Source: Eledone cirrhosa
Lineage: Eukaryota
NCBI GenBank assembly: GCA_964016885.1
Contig: OZ024744.1
Span: 43,958,001 to 44,022,000 of the forward strand
Direction of reading: 5' to 3'
Length of the DNA stretch: 64,000 bases
Positions 38,098 to 49,850 of this stretch are shown in pieces; the stretch's first letter is position 1, and each line of letters starts with the position of its first letter. A program made the position numbers and the translations under genes. The notes under the pieces were generated by a model. That model was not told the DNA's origin, did not search any database, and saw only the letters and a program-made list of their open reading frames with translations.

Positions 38098-38159
38098 TTG
38101 GAATTATCAAAGAAAAACAACAATGAAAAGATATAGGTACACCCAGGAACAGCGCTACA

Positions 38160-38950
38160 ATTAAAGACCAAGAAGGCAGCTATTTAGGGCACAGACCTAA
38201 AAGTGGCTCATTACAGACCCTAAAAGCTCCGAAAGGTAACCATTTAGTGGAAAGAAACAAGAGGTGCTCATTACAGACCCTTAAAGTCCAAAAAGGTAAC
38301 CATTTAGTGTACAGACCTGAGAAGGATCCATTACAAACCCTTAAAGTCCAACTATATAGTCATCTACGGCACAGACCTGAGAGGGGGTCATTACAGACCC
38401 TTAAAGTCCAACTATATAACCATCTAAGGTACAGATCTGAAAAGGGTCCATTCCAGACCCTTAAAGTCCTACTATATAGCCATCTAAGGTACAGACCTCA
38501 GAAGGGTTCATTACAGACCCTTAAAATCCTATAATATAGCCATCTATGGCACAGACTTCAAAAGGGTCCATTACAGACCCTTAAAGTCCAACTATATAGC
38601 CATCTATGGCACAGACCTGAGAGGAGGTCCATTACAGACCCTTAAAGTCCTACTATATAGCCATCTACGGTACAGACCTCAGAAGGGGTGCATTACAGAC
38701 CCTTAAAGTCCAACTATATAGCCATCTATGGCACAGACCTGAGAGGGGGTCCATTACAGACCCTTAAAGTCCTACTATATAGCCATCTACGATACAGACC
38801 TCAGAAGGGGTGCATTACAGACCCTTAAAGTCCAACAAGACAGCCATCTATGGCAAATACCTCAGAAGGGTTCATTACAGACCCTTAAAGACCTCTATAT
38901 AGCCATGTAAGGTACACACTACAGAGAGGTGCATTACAGAAGTGTAAGAG
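38160..38950. repeat. Intronic 60/61-bp minisatellite (~13 units)
   Basis: ttacagacccttaaagtccaactatatagccatctatggcacagacctgagagggggtcca repeated. Confidence 0.9.
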
Positions 38951-39063
38951 CCAATTTGATCTTGGAATGCCAGGGTCTATGTATTGCATTGATCCATCGA
39001 GTGAGTTGTCGTATATGCCTGCATGTGTGTGTTTGTATGTGGAGTGTATAAGTATATCATTAC

Positions 39064-39209
39064 CTGGCAGGTACTGGCTCCTCCAAATATAAAGTCACCT
39101 GCACAAAAGACACCTTCCGCAATAGTCATATTAGATTGTTTGACACACGTTTTAAAGGGGATTGCCTGAAGTTCAACTTTCTGTAGATCATTTGGAGAAC
39201 TTTGTTGCC
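39064..39209 (-). CDS. S1 serine protease, copy 2, penultimate exon
   Basis: Reverse complement of 18120-18265 with intact AG and GT boundaries. Confidence 0.85.
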
Positions 39210-39531
39210 CTGGAATAAGAATAGTTTCTTACATGTAATCTTTATATAGATACACACAGACACACATCAATAACCATGGTAACAGAAATATATATCAAGC
39301 AATAAAGCAATTATGGAAAAGTAACATCGTCTTAACCACTTTTAATTTGACCTCTTTCTGAAGAATTTCAGTAGACTTTCGGCTGCTGGCGGGGCTGGGG
39401 TATGATATCTGACAAATGAGGTGGCGGGCGTATCCTTTGGATGCTGAAATTCGTTCATTCTTAATAATATGCTTCCAGTTCCTTAGATGACTAACAACAC
39501 ACCCAGGATCTGGGCACATCTTAAATTCTTA

Positions 39532-39588
39532 CTGCCTGATGAGGTCATAGCTGTTGAATAATGGCTATCACTGAAATATATATAGCAG
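39532..39588 (+). ncRNA. Type I hammerhead ribozyme motif, core intact
   Basis: CUGC CUGAUGA GGU C AUAGCUGUU gaau AAUGGCUAU C ACU GAAA UAUAUA UA GCAG. Confidence 0.8.
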
Positions 39589-39636
39589 CAAATGTGAATA
39601 AACGGAACTAATTTTACCGTGTTGATTTACACTTCT

Positions 39637-39669
<33 letters not shown>

Positions 39670-39904
39670 TTATGTGTGCGCGCGTGCGTGCGTGCGTGCG
39701 TGTGTGTGCATGTGTATGTGTGTGTATGCGTGTGTATGTGTGTGTGTGTGTGTGTGCTCCGGTTTCAATCTGGGGTAACCACAGTAAGTAAGGTACTCAA
39801 TACATAGTAGAGTATATATATTTAATATAGACATGGCTTCTACAGCACTACAAACATTTCCTTCGAATGAAACAGTTCTAGTCATCTAGAAGCCATTTCT
39901 GTAT

Positions 39905-39999
<95 letters not shown>

Positions 40000-40388
40000 C
40001 AGTTGCTGAAAGTCAGTTGATCAAATAATCAACTGACATTTTCGTAAACAGACATAAAGCACTCAACGATTTGTATTCCTTAGGATTTTCTCGGTAAGGT
40101 ATCAATTGGAGTTTCGAGATAATAAGTGAGGGGCTTAATTTGAACAAATTCATTTTATTATATAATACATATGTTGAAGATGTACGTATTTAAACCGTCT
40201 CCCTTATTATATATATAAATATATATATATGTATATATCACGATAAATTAACGGAGCCATAGGCCTTCGCCATTCCCTGTAAATAATGTACTCAAAGGAG
40301 AAGAAATCCTGAGCTCTTTAAAATACAATATGTTGAAAAGGTAACACACCAGCGAGAGATATACAGTGCACTATCAATAAAACAGGGA

Positions 40389-40450
40389 AAAAACCACCAG
40401 TGTATGGAATCTATAACCTAGGTTATAGATTCCATACACTGGTGGTTTTT
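40389..40450. repeat. Perfect 62-bp palindrome
   Basis: aaaaaccaccagtgtatggaatctataacct|aggttatagattccatacactggtggttttt, centred between 40419 and 40420. Confidence 0.95.
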
Positions 40451-40452
40451 AC

Positions 40453-41489
40453 TTATTTATTTGTTTATTTTATTTTGTCTTCTTTGTGCATGCGTTTGCG
40501 TGTGTGTATAGATGTGTGTTCGTGATTGGGTGACTGTGTATTTGTTAATGTATTCTATCTTTACTAGTGTGTGTTTCTATGTGTTTGTTGTTATTGTGCT
40601 TGTGTATGTATTTATTTATTTATCTATTTATTTATTTATTTATACTTCTCTTAGGTCAGTGTTGTTTGTTTGGGTGTTGTTGTTATTCCATTCATAACAA
40701 CAACACCCAAACAAACAACACTGACCTAAGAGAAGTATAAATAAATAAATAAATAAATAGATAAATAAATAAATAAATACATACACAAGCACAATAACAA
40801 CAAACACATATAAACACACAGTAGTAAAGATAGAATACATTAAACAATACACAGTCACCCAATCACGAACACACATCAAACAAAACACTATACACACACG
40901 CAAACGCATGCGCAAAGAAGACAAAATAAAATAAACAAATAAATAAATATATAAACAGACTAAATAAAGATGGTGTAGAAAATACAATGCAACGGGAGGA
41001 AACAATAGCACCATTGACGATGTTGCAGATGTGCAACGAAAGAGCTTTGATAAACTATATATATATATGTGTTTGTGTCTATATTGTATCTGTATTATTT
41101 TTTTAGTGGATTGGCAGTATCGGTAGAGGGTCGGACGCCATGCTTTCCAACATAGTTACATCCTCTTACGATCTGAGTTCAAATCCCGCCGAAGTTGACT
41201 TTGCCTTTCATCCTTACGGGGTCGATAAAATAAAAGTACCAGTAATGCACTGGGTAATTGCTGGCCTTGTGCCTAAAGTAGAAACAATTTTTTTTACCGT
41301 TGGTCAGTCAATGGCAACATTGAGGACCGAATAAATTAGATTATCGATATAAAAGACACAGAAGCGAAAACCAAACAAACAGTGAGTGTGTTCTGTTATT
41401 AATTCTGCCAATATTACACAAATATGACCCTCCCCAAGTATAACAATATTTGTTTCGACACACGATTTTATATCAAAAACCTCGCTAAA

Positions 41490-41490
<1 letters not shown>
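40453..41490 (+). mobile_element. PLE pseudo-LTR with inverted 5' duplication (arms ~40453-40685 and ~40694-40947), decayed hammerhead and ORF-start tail; related to the 45.4-47.8 kb element
   Basis: Arms start in YEWNNNN..., resembling KYEWNSN at the end of the 662-aa ORF. UUGACGA U GUUGCA gaug UGCAAC GAAA GAGC UU at ~41014-41048. ATGACCCTCCCCAAGTATAACAAT at ~41424 matches 47706. Confidence 0.75.
41107..41289 (+). mobile_element. tRNA-derived SINE inserted into the PLE pseudo-LTR
   Basis: Same family as 25708-25890. Confidence 0.88.
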
Positions 41491-41520
<30 letters not shown>

Positions 41521-41526
<6 letters not shown>

Positions 41527-41782
41527 GAAATAACAGTAGGCTGGACTGGTAGTTTTCGGTTGCCGACACTTTGAGGGCGGCTGGCTGCGAAGCTAGTTGG
41601 TCAGTTTCCCGGTTGGTCTGTCTCTGGTTTCCCGGACCCATGGTTTTTCGGACCTATGGCTTTTTACATATTCCTTTGTTATATTCCAATACCTGATGAT
41701 ATCACCCGGTTATTGAAATGATCATAGTATAATAAACCTTTCAAGGATTTACACCAGTCCAGCCTCCTGTTATTTCATTTAT
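41521..41782 (+). mobile_element. Short element with ~30-bp inverted ends and a hammerhead motif (41689-41730)
   Basis: ataaatgaaataacagtaggctggactggt vs accagtccagcctcctgttatttcatttat. Internal AUAC CUGAUGA [imperfect stem II] GAAA UGAUCA UA GUAU. Confidence 0.68.
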
Positions 41783-41926
41783 AATTAACCCCGTATTCGC
41801 ACCACCAACTACACAAATGAAGATGGGTGAACTGCACTGCGTTGAATACTCTTCACAATATTACACCAGGATTGACCATACGGAATGACCAGTTCTATCC
41901 AGTGGTGAACCAACAAACCTTAAGAT

Positions 41927-42057
<131 letters not shown>

Positions 42058-42435
42058 CATATTTATACAAGCTAATACATACGTATACATGTGTGCTTAT
42101 ATATATATATGTATTAGTATAAACTATATATAACAGCATATATTAATTGAGAAACAAGCCGATATTTTGTTCATGTATACAGAAGAAATAATATGTAAAT
42201 TTAAATACATACTCCTATATAAGATCTAGGAATATGTATTTAAAGTTACATCTTATATTTCTGTATATATGTACAAAATATTAACTTGTTACTCTATTAA
42301 TATATCCTGTTATCGTTTATATTTATATTATAGATGTTCTGAACAGAAGTTTATTGAACTTTGTACTGAGAAACACTATTGAAGTATATCTTATAAGTAT
42401 TGATTAAACCTAAAATTAGCTTACACATACACACA

Positions 42436-42526
<91 letters not shown>

Positions 42527-42754
42527 AATGTAATCTGAGTTTTTCGAATATTAATAATAACATTCGATACGTTTGCGATTATGCAAACGACCCTCAATTT
42601 TATAGCCATGTCAGTAGAATGAACACTTCATTCTTGCTCTTGTGTTGGCATGCGAACAGAACTGCTGACACTAATGTTTTTGGATATCATCCTTCATCAG
42701 TACAGCTCACCGTTCACTATATGAGCCTGTACTGATGATGAGTGATACAACAGA

Positions 42755-43033
<279 letters not shown>

Positions 43034-43035
43034 CA

Positions 43036-44892
43036 CGCCAGCCGTCTTCTGCTAGGCGCGTTCGCCTGGCAACCAAAACGGTAACTAATAACTTTGCTTC
43101 ATTCTCTCATCTATTCATTGATTTGTCAACTATACTGTTCTATATATCCACAAATTGTTAATTAAATATTATACACACAAACCAATCGTCTTTGTTATAT
43201 TCATACACACTAGTATATTGTTATAAGTGGTGACTCCGAAAAAAGAAAAACATAGCAGAATCTGGTGTTGTGTGAGTAACATTACGAATACGCAGCTCAA
43301 TTTTATTGACAAACTATGAAAATACACAGTCAAAGAAACGAACACGCACATGTGAAATTTTCGTTCAGACAGACTCTTTTTCCCTCACGCATCCACTAAC
43401 TGTCGCAGTTCACTGTATATATATATATGTTTCTCGTTTCTTACAACGAACACTTTAAAAACAAACAATAAAAAAGAAATTTGATTTTTTTTTTTTAACA
43501 TTTCTACAGGAACATTTATTTTCGATGAATCTCAACCATTGCCTTTTTTTCTTCATCGTTCAAGTTTTTTTTCAAAGTTCACACCAAAAAAAAAAAAAAT
43601 TGAACTCGCCATATTTGTTATACTAAGTGAAGCCTTTCTTTCTCTTTCATCATTGTCACTTTCACACACACATTTTTTTCAAAATGGCTGCCAACGACCT
43701 GTTGCACTACCATTTTCGCGCCATTTTCTCGCGCAATAGAAATCTATTTTTTTTTCAACTTAACCTTGTATTGGCACGTGTAGGCTGCACAATTCTCGAT
43801 TCACTGAGATAGCCGCACGCCATGAGATAACGTTTCTCGCCAAGGATTCTCCAGCCTTAAGCTATATTCTCCTATTTGCCGGTTTAAAAATTTACCACGT
43901 AAATTTGCCGTTGAAAACTGCGCATTTATTCAGAATGCTTATTTCTTTGGTCGCTGGCCTCTTGACACTTCCAGGTCAACGCATTCTCAACATCGACCAT
44001 CAACTTCGGCTGTTATTTCTAGCACTTTGCGCAACTCATTTTTTCTAAACAAAAAATGTTTACTGTGAATTTAAACATCGAATACGCTCACTCCGCGAGA
44101 CAACAACATTAACAGCAACACAGCTTCATCAACCACCAAAACCAGCAGAACAAGCCAGAGAATTTATTTTTGCAGCACTCTTCCTGTGAGAAAATCCATT
44201 CGGAGGTTGGAAATTTCACGTTATACCACAGAACAGAAACCGCCTGCATTCATTCTCTGGAACACACTTTCTTTCCTGCTGTCATGTGATTGCACACCTG
44301 TGAACTGTATTTTGAACATTTGAACTTTGAGCTCTTCTCTTACTTTCATTACATTGTATCTTTGGGTGATGGATAGATAGATGTCCAGTCGTTCTCTGGC
44401 CAAGAGCGGTTGGCTACCTTGATATCTATTATTGATTATTGCAAACATTAGTTTTTTTCGTAATTTTCATGCCTGTTACAACATTCTCGCCAACTTAATA
44501 CATACATATTTCATTCGATTTTTATATCTTAAAAATCTCGCGGGAGATAATGCAGCAGGAGTTGCCTCCCTTGTTGTGACAATCACGTCCCCAATAGATT
44601 AACGCTCTCTAGACAGGAAGTAGAACCCTTTCTGTAACTTCCGGTCAGAACCCTATAAAACTAACAACTTTAAGTTCCCTCTCTCTCAATTGCCTTTCCG
44701 GCTCCTGGCCTTCGCCAGCCGTCTTCTGCCAGGCGCGTTCGCCTGGCAACCAAAACGGTAACTAATAACTTTGCTTCATTCTCTCATCTATTCATTGACA
44801 TGTCAACTATACTGTTCTATATATCCACAAATTGTTAATTAAATATTATACACACAAACCACGTCTCCTTGTTATACTTATACACACCAGTA
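43036..44892 (+). mobile_element. Decayed, internally deleted LTR retrotransposon (Gypsy-like): truncated 5' LTR, PBS, PPT, 3' LTR
   Basis: Direct repeat 43036-43215 / 44713-44892. TGGTGACTCCGA (43228-43239) resembles a tRNA-Trp primer-binding site. Purine-rich gcgggagataa precedes TG at 44551; TATAAAA lies inside the 3' LTR. No intact ORF. Confidence 0.72.
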
Positions 44893-44902
44893 TTTTTTTA
44901 TT

Positions 44903-45155
44903 TTTATAATGGTATTATAATGAAATAGTATGATAGAATATTAAATGTTAAGTGTTAATTGAACAAGTACTTTCATGCTTTCGCAATCTTCAGGTTCATA
45001 ATGTGTGGTGACAGTCAAAATTGCAATTGAAAATTGCAAACTTGACTCACCACACCTTATGAAGCTGAAGATTGCGAAAGCATGAAAGTACTTGTTTAAT
45101 TAACACTTAACATTTAATATTCTATCATACTGTTTCATTATAATACCATTATAAA
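44903..45155. mobile_element. Foldback element (~125-bp arms) carrying a hammerhead motif in each arm
   Basis: Inverted repeat centred at ~45030; motifs at 44960-44998 (-) and 45060-45098 (+). Confidence 0.82.
44960..44998 (-). ncRNA. Very compact (39-nt) type I hammerhead motif
   Basis: Minus: UGAAC CUGAAGA U UGC gaaa GCA U GAAA GUAC UU GUUCA. Perfect 5-bp stem I, GAAA-tetraloop stem II, palindromic GUAC stem III, CUU triplet. Confidence 0.75.
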
Positions 45156-45311
45156 TTTTAAAGGATTGTAAATAAAACGAGTAAATCAGACAAAGTTGGA
45201 ATTCCTCTTATTAATATAAATATATATATATATATAAAATTTTGGTCTGGTACTTACATAGAGCACTCTTCACTCCTATGACTTTTTCTGTTTTCAACGG
45301 AAACTTCAATA

Positions 45312-45390
<79 letters not shown>

Positions 45391-45540
45391 ATACTTTGGG
45401 AGGGTCATGTTGCCAATAAGAAACACAAGCACCAGTTGCTTTCACGTCAATTTATTATAATAAATTTATAAATTTAGAAATTTAGAAATTTCTGGTTGGT
45501 TGGTTGGTTGGTTCCACAACCAGATAGTTGTTTATATATT

Positions 45541-45583
45541 GTCAAAGTTCTTTCGTCACACATTCCGTGACCTCTTCAGTGAC
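45541..45583 (-). ncRNA. Type I hammerhead motif in the PLE 3' pseudo-LTR
   Basis: Minus: GUCA CUGAAGA G GUCAC ggaaugu GUGAC GAAA GAAC UU UGAC. Confidence 0.78.
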
Positions 45584-45784
45584 TGGGGATTCTTTTCTTT
45601 GTTTTTGTGCCTCTCCTTTGTTCTGTCCTACGCCATTTTGTTTCTGTGTGTGTGTTGTGTGCTCAGTCTGCGCATGCGCCACATCCGGGTGTCTGTGTGT
45701 GTTTATATTCGTTTATTTATTTGTTTATTTACATGTTACCGGTTGGTTGTTTGTTCTATGTGCGTGTGTGTTTTCATTTTGTCC

Positions 45785-47773
45785 TTAATTGTAAGTTGTG
45801 ATGTTACTGTTCCACTCATATTTTCTATTTAATTTTGGTTGTAATTCTTTTATGTTTATTGCCTCTGTGATTTGTCTAAACATTGCGTCTTTTCTGTGTG
45901 TAGATTCTATTTTTATTTCTATGTTCTCTAATTTACCCTTATGTTCTATTTTAGCATGTTGGTAGAGTACAGATGATTCTTTACTATCTTGAAGGTCTTG
46001 CCAGTGTTCATTTATCCGTTCCCCTACACTACGAGCTGTCTCACCTATGTACACTATATTTTTGTCTCTACATTGTCCTTCAGTACATCTTATGCTATAC
46101 ACTACATTTCTAGTTTTGCAGTTAATATGGGGGCTTATTTTACAGGTTATACATTTCTTATCTATACAGGGGGGTCTTTGAAAAGGGTATGTCTTGCTAA
46201 TAAGTGTTTTTACGGAGGTACCTGGTCTTTCTACTATCTCAATATTGAGTTTATGTTTATCTAGGTCCCTTCTAAATTTGTAAGCTAATTCACCTCTAGG
46301 GGTTGTATCGATGAACATTACACTCTGGTATTTATTGCTATCATACCATGAGTTTATTCTATTAGCCTTATTTCTAGTTCCTTCTATTCTATTCCAAAAT
46401 TTGCTCCTATACAAGGGGCAGGTTCCATTTGTGTCATTATTTACCATTTTTTCCCATTTGGTTCTGGCTCCTCTATACACTCTGATATTATCTCTCTGAT
46501 TGTAACCAGAGAACTGCATACGGTGGATGAAGTGTTGTATGTGTCTCTCTAGTTCTTCGGGGTTGCACATGCGGGACACGTTTCTCATCACCCGTACCAA
46601 ATCCGCAATCAGTATGTTGATTTTGGTATGGTCTGAAACAGCTGAGTTTCGGTGGATCAGATGTTTGGAAGTCATGGGTTTGGCATAATGGGAATGGAGG
46701 ATTTGTTTTTTGTTATTAATGGTATCTAACCAGAGCTCTGTGTCTAGTACAGGTAATCGATGGTTGGAGTATTTACTTGGGTAGTCTATAGTAACTTTAA
46801 TACTCTGGTGGATGGACTTAGTTATTTGCTGGATGCTTTCCATTGTGTTTTTCTCTAGTTCCTGACTCTTCTCTAGTGGGGGTGTCTTAACTACGGTGTT
46901 TATATCATCAACGTAGCGGGAGTACATTATCAGGGTTAAGGGGTCTTCTAATTGTTCTTTAAGTTTAAGTTTAAGTCTACTGTCCCACCATACTATGAAT
47001 AAGTTAGCTATGTCGCCTGCAATGCTAACACCAATGGCTGCTCCTTCCTCTTGGGCATATGTTTTTACATTAAATATGAACATATGTTCCTTAAGGGTTA
47101 GTTTTATGCTGGCCCCTACCGCATGTGCAATCATTTTCTTCAGTTCATCGTGGTTTTCGGGTGTCCGTATGGCTCTGGTCCACTCGTTCCATCTATTTTT
47201 GAGGGTTTCCTTGGCCATTGTGGTAATGGTAGGTGGTCTGCTTCTTGCTGGTCTTGTAGGGCACAGGTTGCTAAGGTCATATGTGTCTAGGTAATTATTT
47301 CTATAGGTAAGTTTAAGTAGGAGTCCCAGCTCACTGGTATCAATCCCACGGAACTCAACATTGCTCTCACTAATCATTTCTACGCATTTCTCCACAGCAA
47401 AATCCACGTCAATAGATGGATACAGGGACACAACATCCATACTGCCTATTATGCTGTTTGTTAGGTCCCTAGATCGGTTACTCACGCCGATTCTGCTGAG
47501 GAGGTCCTCCGTGCTGTCACATACATCTGGGGACATTTCAATGATAGGGCGTATGATCAGGGAGAGGAAGTAGGACAGTCTGTAGTTACTAGCAATGTTA
47601 GCTCCACAGACTGGCTGTGTTGGTGGTCCCATGACAGTGTCACTGCCCGTTTTATGGTCTTTTCGAAGCCCATACAACACCGGCACGTCATTGTTCCAGG
47701 CAACATGACCCTCCCAAAGTATAACAATATCGGTTTCAACACACGTTTTCAGATAAAGAATCTTGCTAAACAA
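45785..47773 (-). CDS. PLE reverse transcriptase + GIY-YIG endonuclease (N-terminally truncated; the first 25 codons, 47699-47773, come from the inverted segment)
   Basis: LYGLRKDHK, GSMDVVSLYPSI (motif A), QEEGAAIGVSIAGDIANL (B'), YSRYVDD (C), LPVLD (E), CIDKKCITC linker, CKTRNVVYSIRC...YIGETARSVGERINEH...EAINI...LN; no stops. Confidence 0.93.
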   Translation of the reverse strand: MFSKILYLKTCVETDIVILWEGHVAWNNDVPVLYGLRKDHKTGSDTVMGPPTQPVCGANIASNYRLSYFLSLIIRPIIEMSPDVCDSTEDLLSRIGVSNRSRDLTNSIIGSMDVVSLYPSIDVDFAVEKCVEMISESNVEFRGIDTSELGLLLKLTYRNNYLDTYDLSNLCPTRPARSRPPTITTMAKETLKNRWNEWTRAIRTPENHDELKKMIAHAVGASIKLTLKEHMFIFNVKTYAQEEGAAIGVSIAGDIANLFIVWWDSRLKLKLKEQLEDPLTLIMYSRYVDDINTVVKTPPLEKSQELEKNTMESIQQITKSIHQSIKVTIDYPSKYSNHRLPVLDTELWLDTINNKKQILHSHYAKPMTSKHLIHRNSAVSDHTKINILIADLVRVMRNVSRMCNPEELERHIQHFIHRMQFSGYNQRDNIRVYRGARTKWEKMVNNDTNGTCPLYRSKFWNRIEGTRNKANRINSWYDSNKYQSVMFIDTTPRGELAYKFRRDLDKHKLNIEIVERPGTSVKTLISKTYPFQRPPCIDKKCITCKISPHINCKTRNVVYSIRCTEGQCRDKNIVYIGETARSVGERINEHWQDLQDSKESSVLYQHAKIEHKGKLENIEIKIESTHRKDAMFRQITEAINIKELQPKLNRKYEWNSNITTYN

Positions 47774-47784
47774 ATTCAGAAACG

Positions 47785-47872
<88 letters not shown>

Positions 47873-47919
47873 ATAATAATAAATTTGATTCTTTGCTTAA
47901 ACTTTAACCTGTTATTTTA

Positions 47920-47957
<38 letters not shown>

Positions 47958-48326
47958 TGATTAAGGTGTGTGTGCACTCTGAATAATTGATTCGTATTCC
48001 AAATACATATGTAATTTTTTACGAATGACTTTTTACAGCAAGAGATAAAGGGAGAGAGAGACAGAGAGAGAACAAAAAGGAACGAGTACTATTTACAGCA
48101 GACACAGTTTGCATAATAAAGATATTGGCATGTTTGCGGGCGCATTGATAAACGAAACAAAACAAGGCTCTCTAATTACATTTGGTATTCAAAAGAATAG
48201 CAGTATGAAGTGGGGGATTGTTGAATTGATCCAGACGAATTTAAAACGACAGTTAACCGAGAAGGGTTTCATACATATGATTCTTGATGAAATGAACGGC
48301 TACGTTACTTCAACGAGCCACTCACT

Positions 48327-48389
<63 letters not shown>

Positions 48390-48479
48390 ATCCATACACT
48401 CCTCATGTCCCCTGTTTTACCAGTTAAGCCCCAATTTCTACACAATTTTCCAGTGAGGAAGCTAAGTGGAAAGAGAAAG

Positions 48480-49590
48480 AACACACATACTATCACACAC
48501 ATTACACATACACATCAGAGACACAGACACACATAAATACCCATCATACTACACAACACACACAAGCAACACTTCACACACACAACTCATACAACACAGC
48601 ACGCATATAAAACATACACACACCACACACACCACAGACCACCACCACCAAACACACATCAACACCACTACACACCACAAAACACACCACACACCACCAC
48701 ACAAACCACACACCACCACACACACGACACAGCACCACCACCACCATACACCACCACCACACACCAAAACCACCACCACCACCACACACCACCACCACAC
48801 ACCACACACCACACACCACCACCACCACTACACACACACATCAACACCACCACCACAAAACACAAACACCACACAGAAACGCACCACACACCACCACAAC
48901 ACATCACACACCACATACCACCACCAAACACACATCAACACCACCACCACGAACCACAAACACCACACAGAAACACACCACACACCACCACACACCACAC
49001 TCCACCAACACCACCAAACACACACACCACACACCACACACCACACACCACTCACCACCACCACCAACACCACACACACATCAACACCACCACCACAAAA
49101 CACGAACACCACACCGAAACACACCACACACCTCACACGACCACCACACACCACACACCACACACCACACACCACACACTACCACACTAACATACATCAA
49201 CACCACCACCACAAAACACAAACACGACACAGAAACACACCACACACCATCACTACCACACACACACACCACAAACTACACACCACCACCACCACCACAC
49301 ACACATCAACACCACCACCACAAAACACAACCACCACACAGAAACACACCACACACCACCACACACCACCACACACCAAATACCACCACACACACACCAC
49401 CACCACCACCAAACACATATCACCACAACAAAACACACACACCACCAACATCAAACACACACACACACCACCAAAAAACACACACGCACACCACTACCAA
49501 ACACACACACGCCACCACCACCAAACACACAACACTACCACGACCAGAACACATACACTACCACCACCACCACCTCCACCAACACCACCA
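48480..49590. repeat. C/A-rich low-complexity minisatellite tract (intronic)
   Basis: CAC/CACAC runs with a recurring block cacacatcaacaccaccaccacaaaacacaaacaccacacagaaac. Confidence 0.9.
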
Positions 49591-49615
49591 TTAGTAAGAA
49601 AGGGAGGTAACTCAC

Positions 49616-49772
49616 ATCCTAAATCTCCCCATCCAGCAGTGATACATGATTTATTATCAAATGTTTCCCCCTCCATTGCCAACGGAGCGTACTGTACACA
49701 ATTGTCAGTTTTAATAGGGTTCCACAAGATCAAAACAGCGATGTCATTCTCTATTGAGTGGAGGTTAAACAC
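49616..49772 (-). pseudogene. S1 serine protease, copy 2, catalytic-Asp exon (5' boundary uncertain; no AG at the expected acceptor)
   Basis: FNLHSIENDIAVLILWNPIKTDNCVQYAPLAMEGETFDNKSCITAGWGDLG then T|gtgag (phase 1), which joins GG of the 39209 exon to give TGG (Trp). The polypyrimidine tract tttcatttctctcc runs directly into gtgtttaac without an AG. Confidence 0.8.
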
Positions 49773-49850
49773 GGAGAGAAATGAAACAATTAAAACAATA
49801 AAAATTAAATAAGAAAATGAATTTTGAACTTAATTTCAAATAGAAATAGT

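Larger units (their letters stand above)
45385..47785 (-). mobile_element. Young, 5'-truncated/inverted PLE (possibly Nematis-like) inserted in (TA)n
   Basis: Uninterrupted RT + GIY-YIG ORF, 3' pseudo-LTR with hammerhead, 3' tail 45385-45417 mirrored by 47699-47731, (TA)n on both sides. Confidence 0.92.

Noticed and set aside
38247-38534. 95-aa repetitive ORF (LQTLKVQLYSHLR...)
   Set aside because: Translation of the 60-bp intronic minisatellite.
48466-49812. 448-aa His/Thr-rich ORF and overlapping Val/Cys/Trp-rich ORFs
   Set aside because: The C/A-only tract lacks stops by composition; the 3' part is antisense to the real protease exon.
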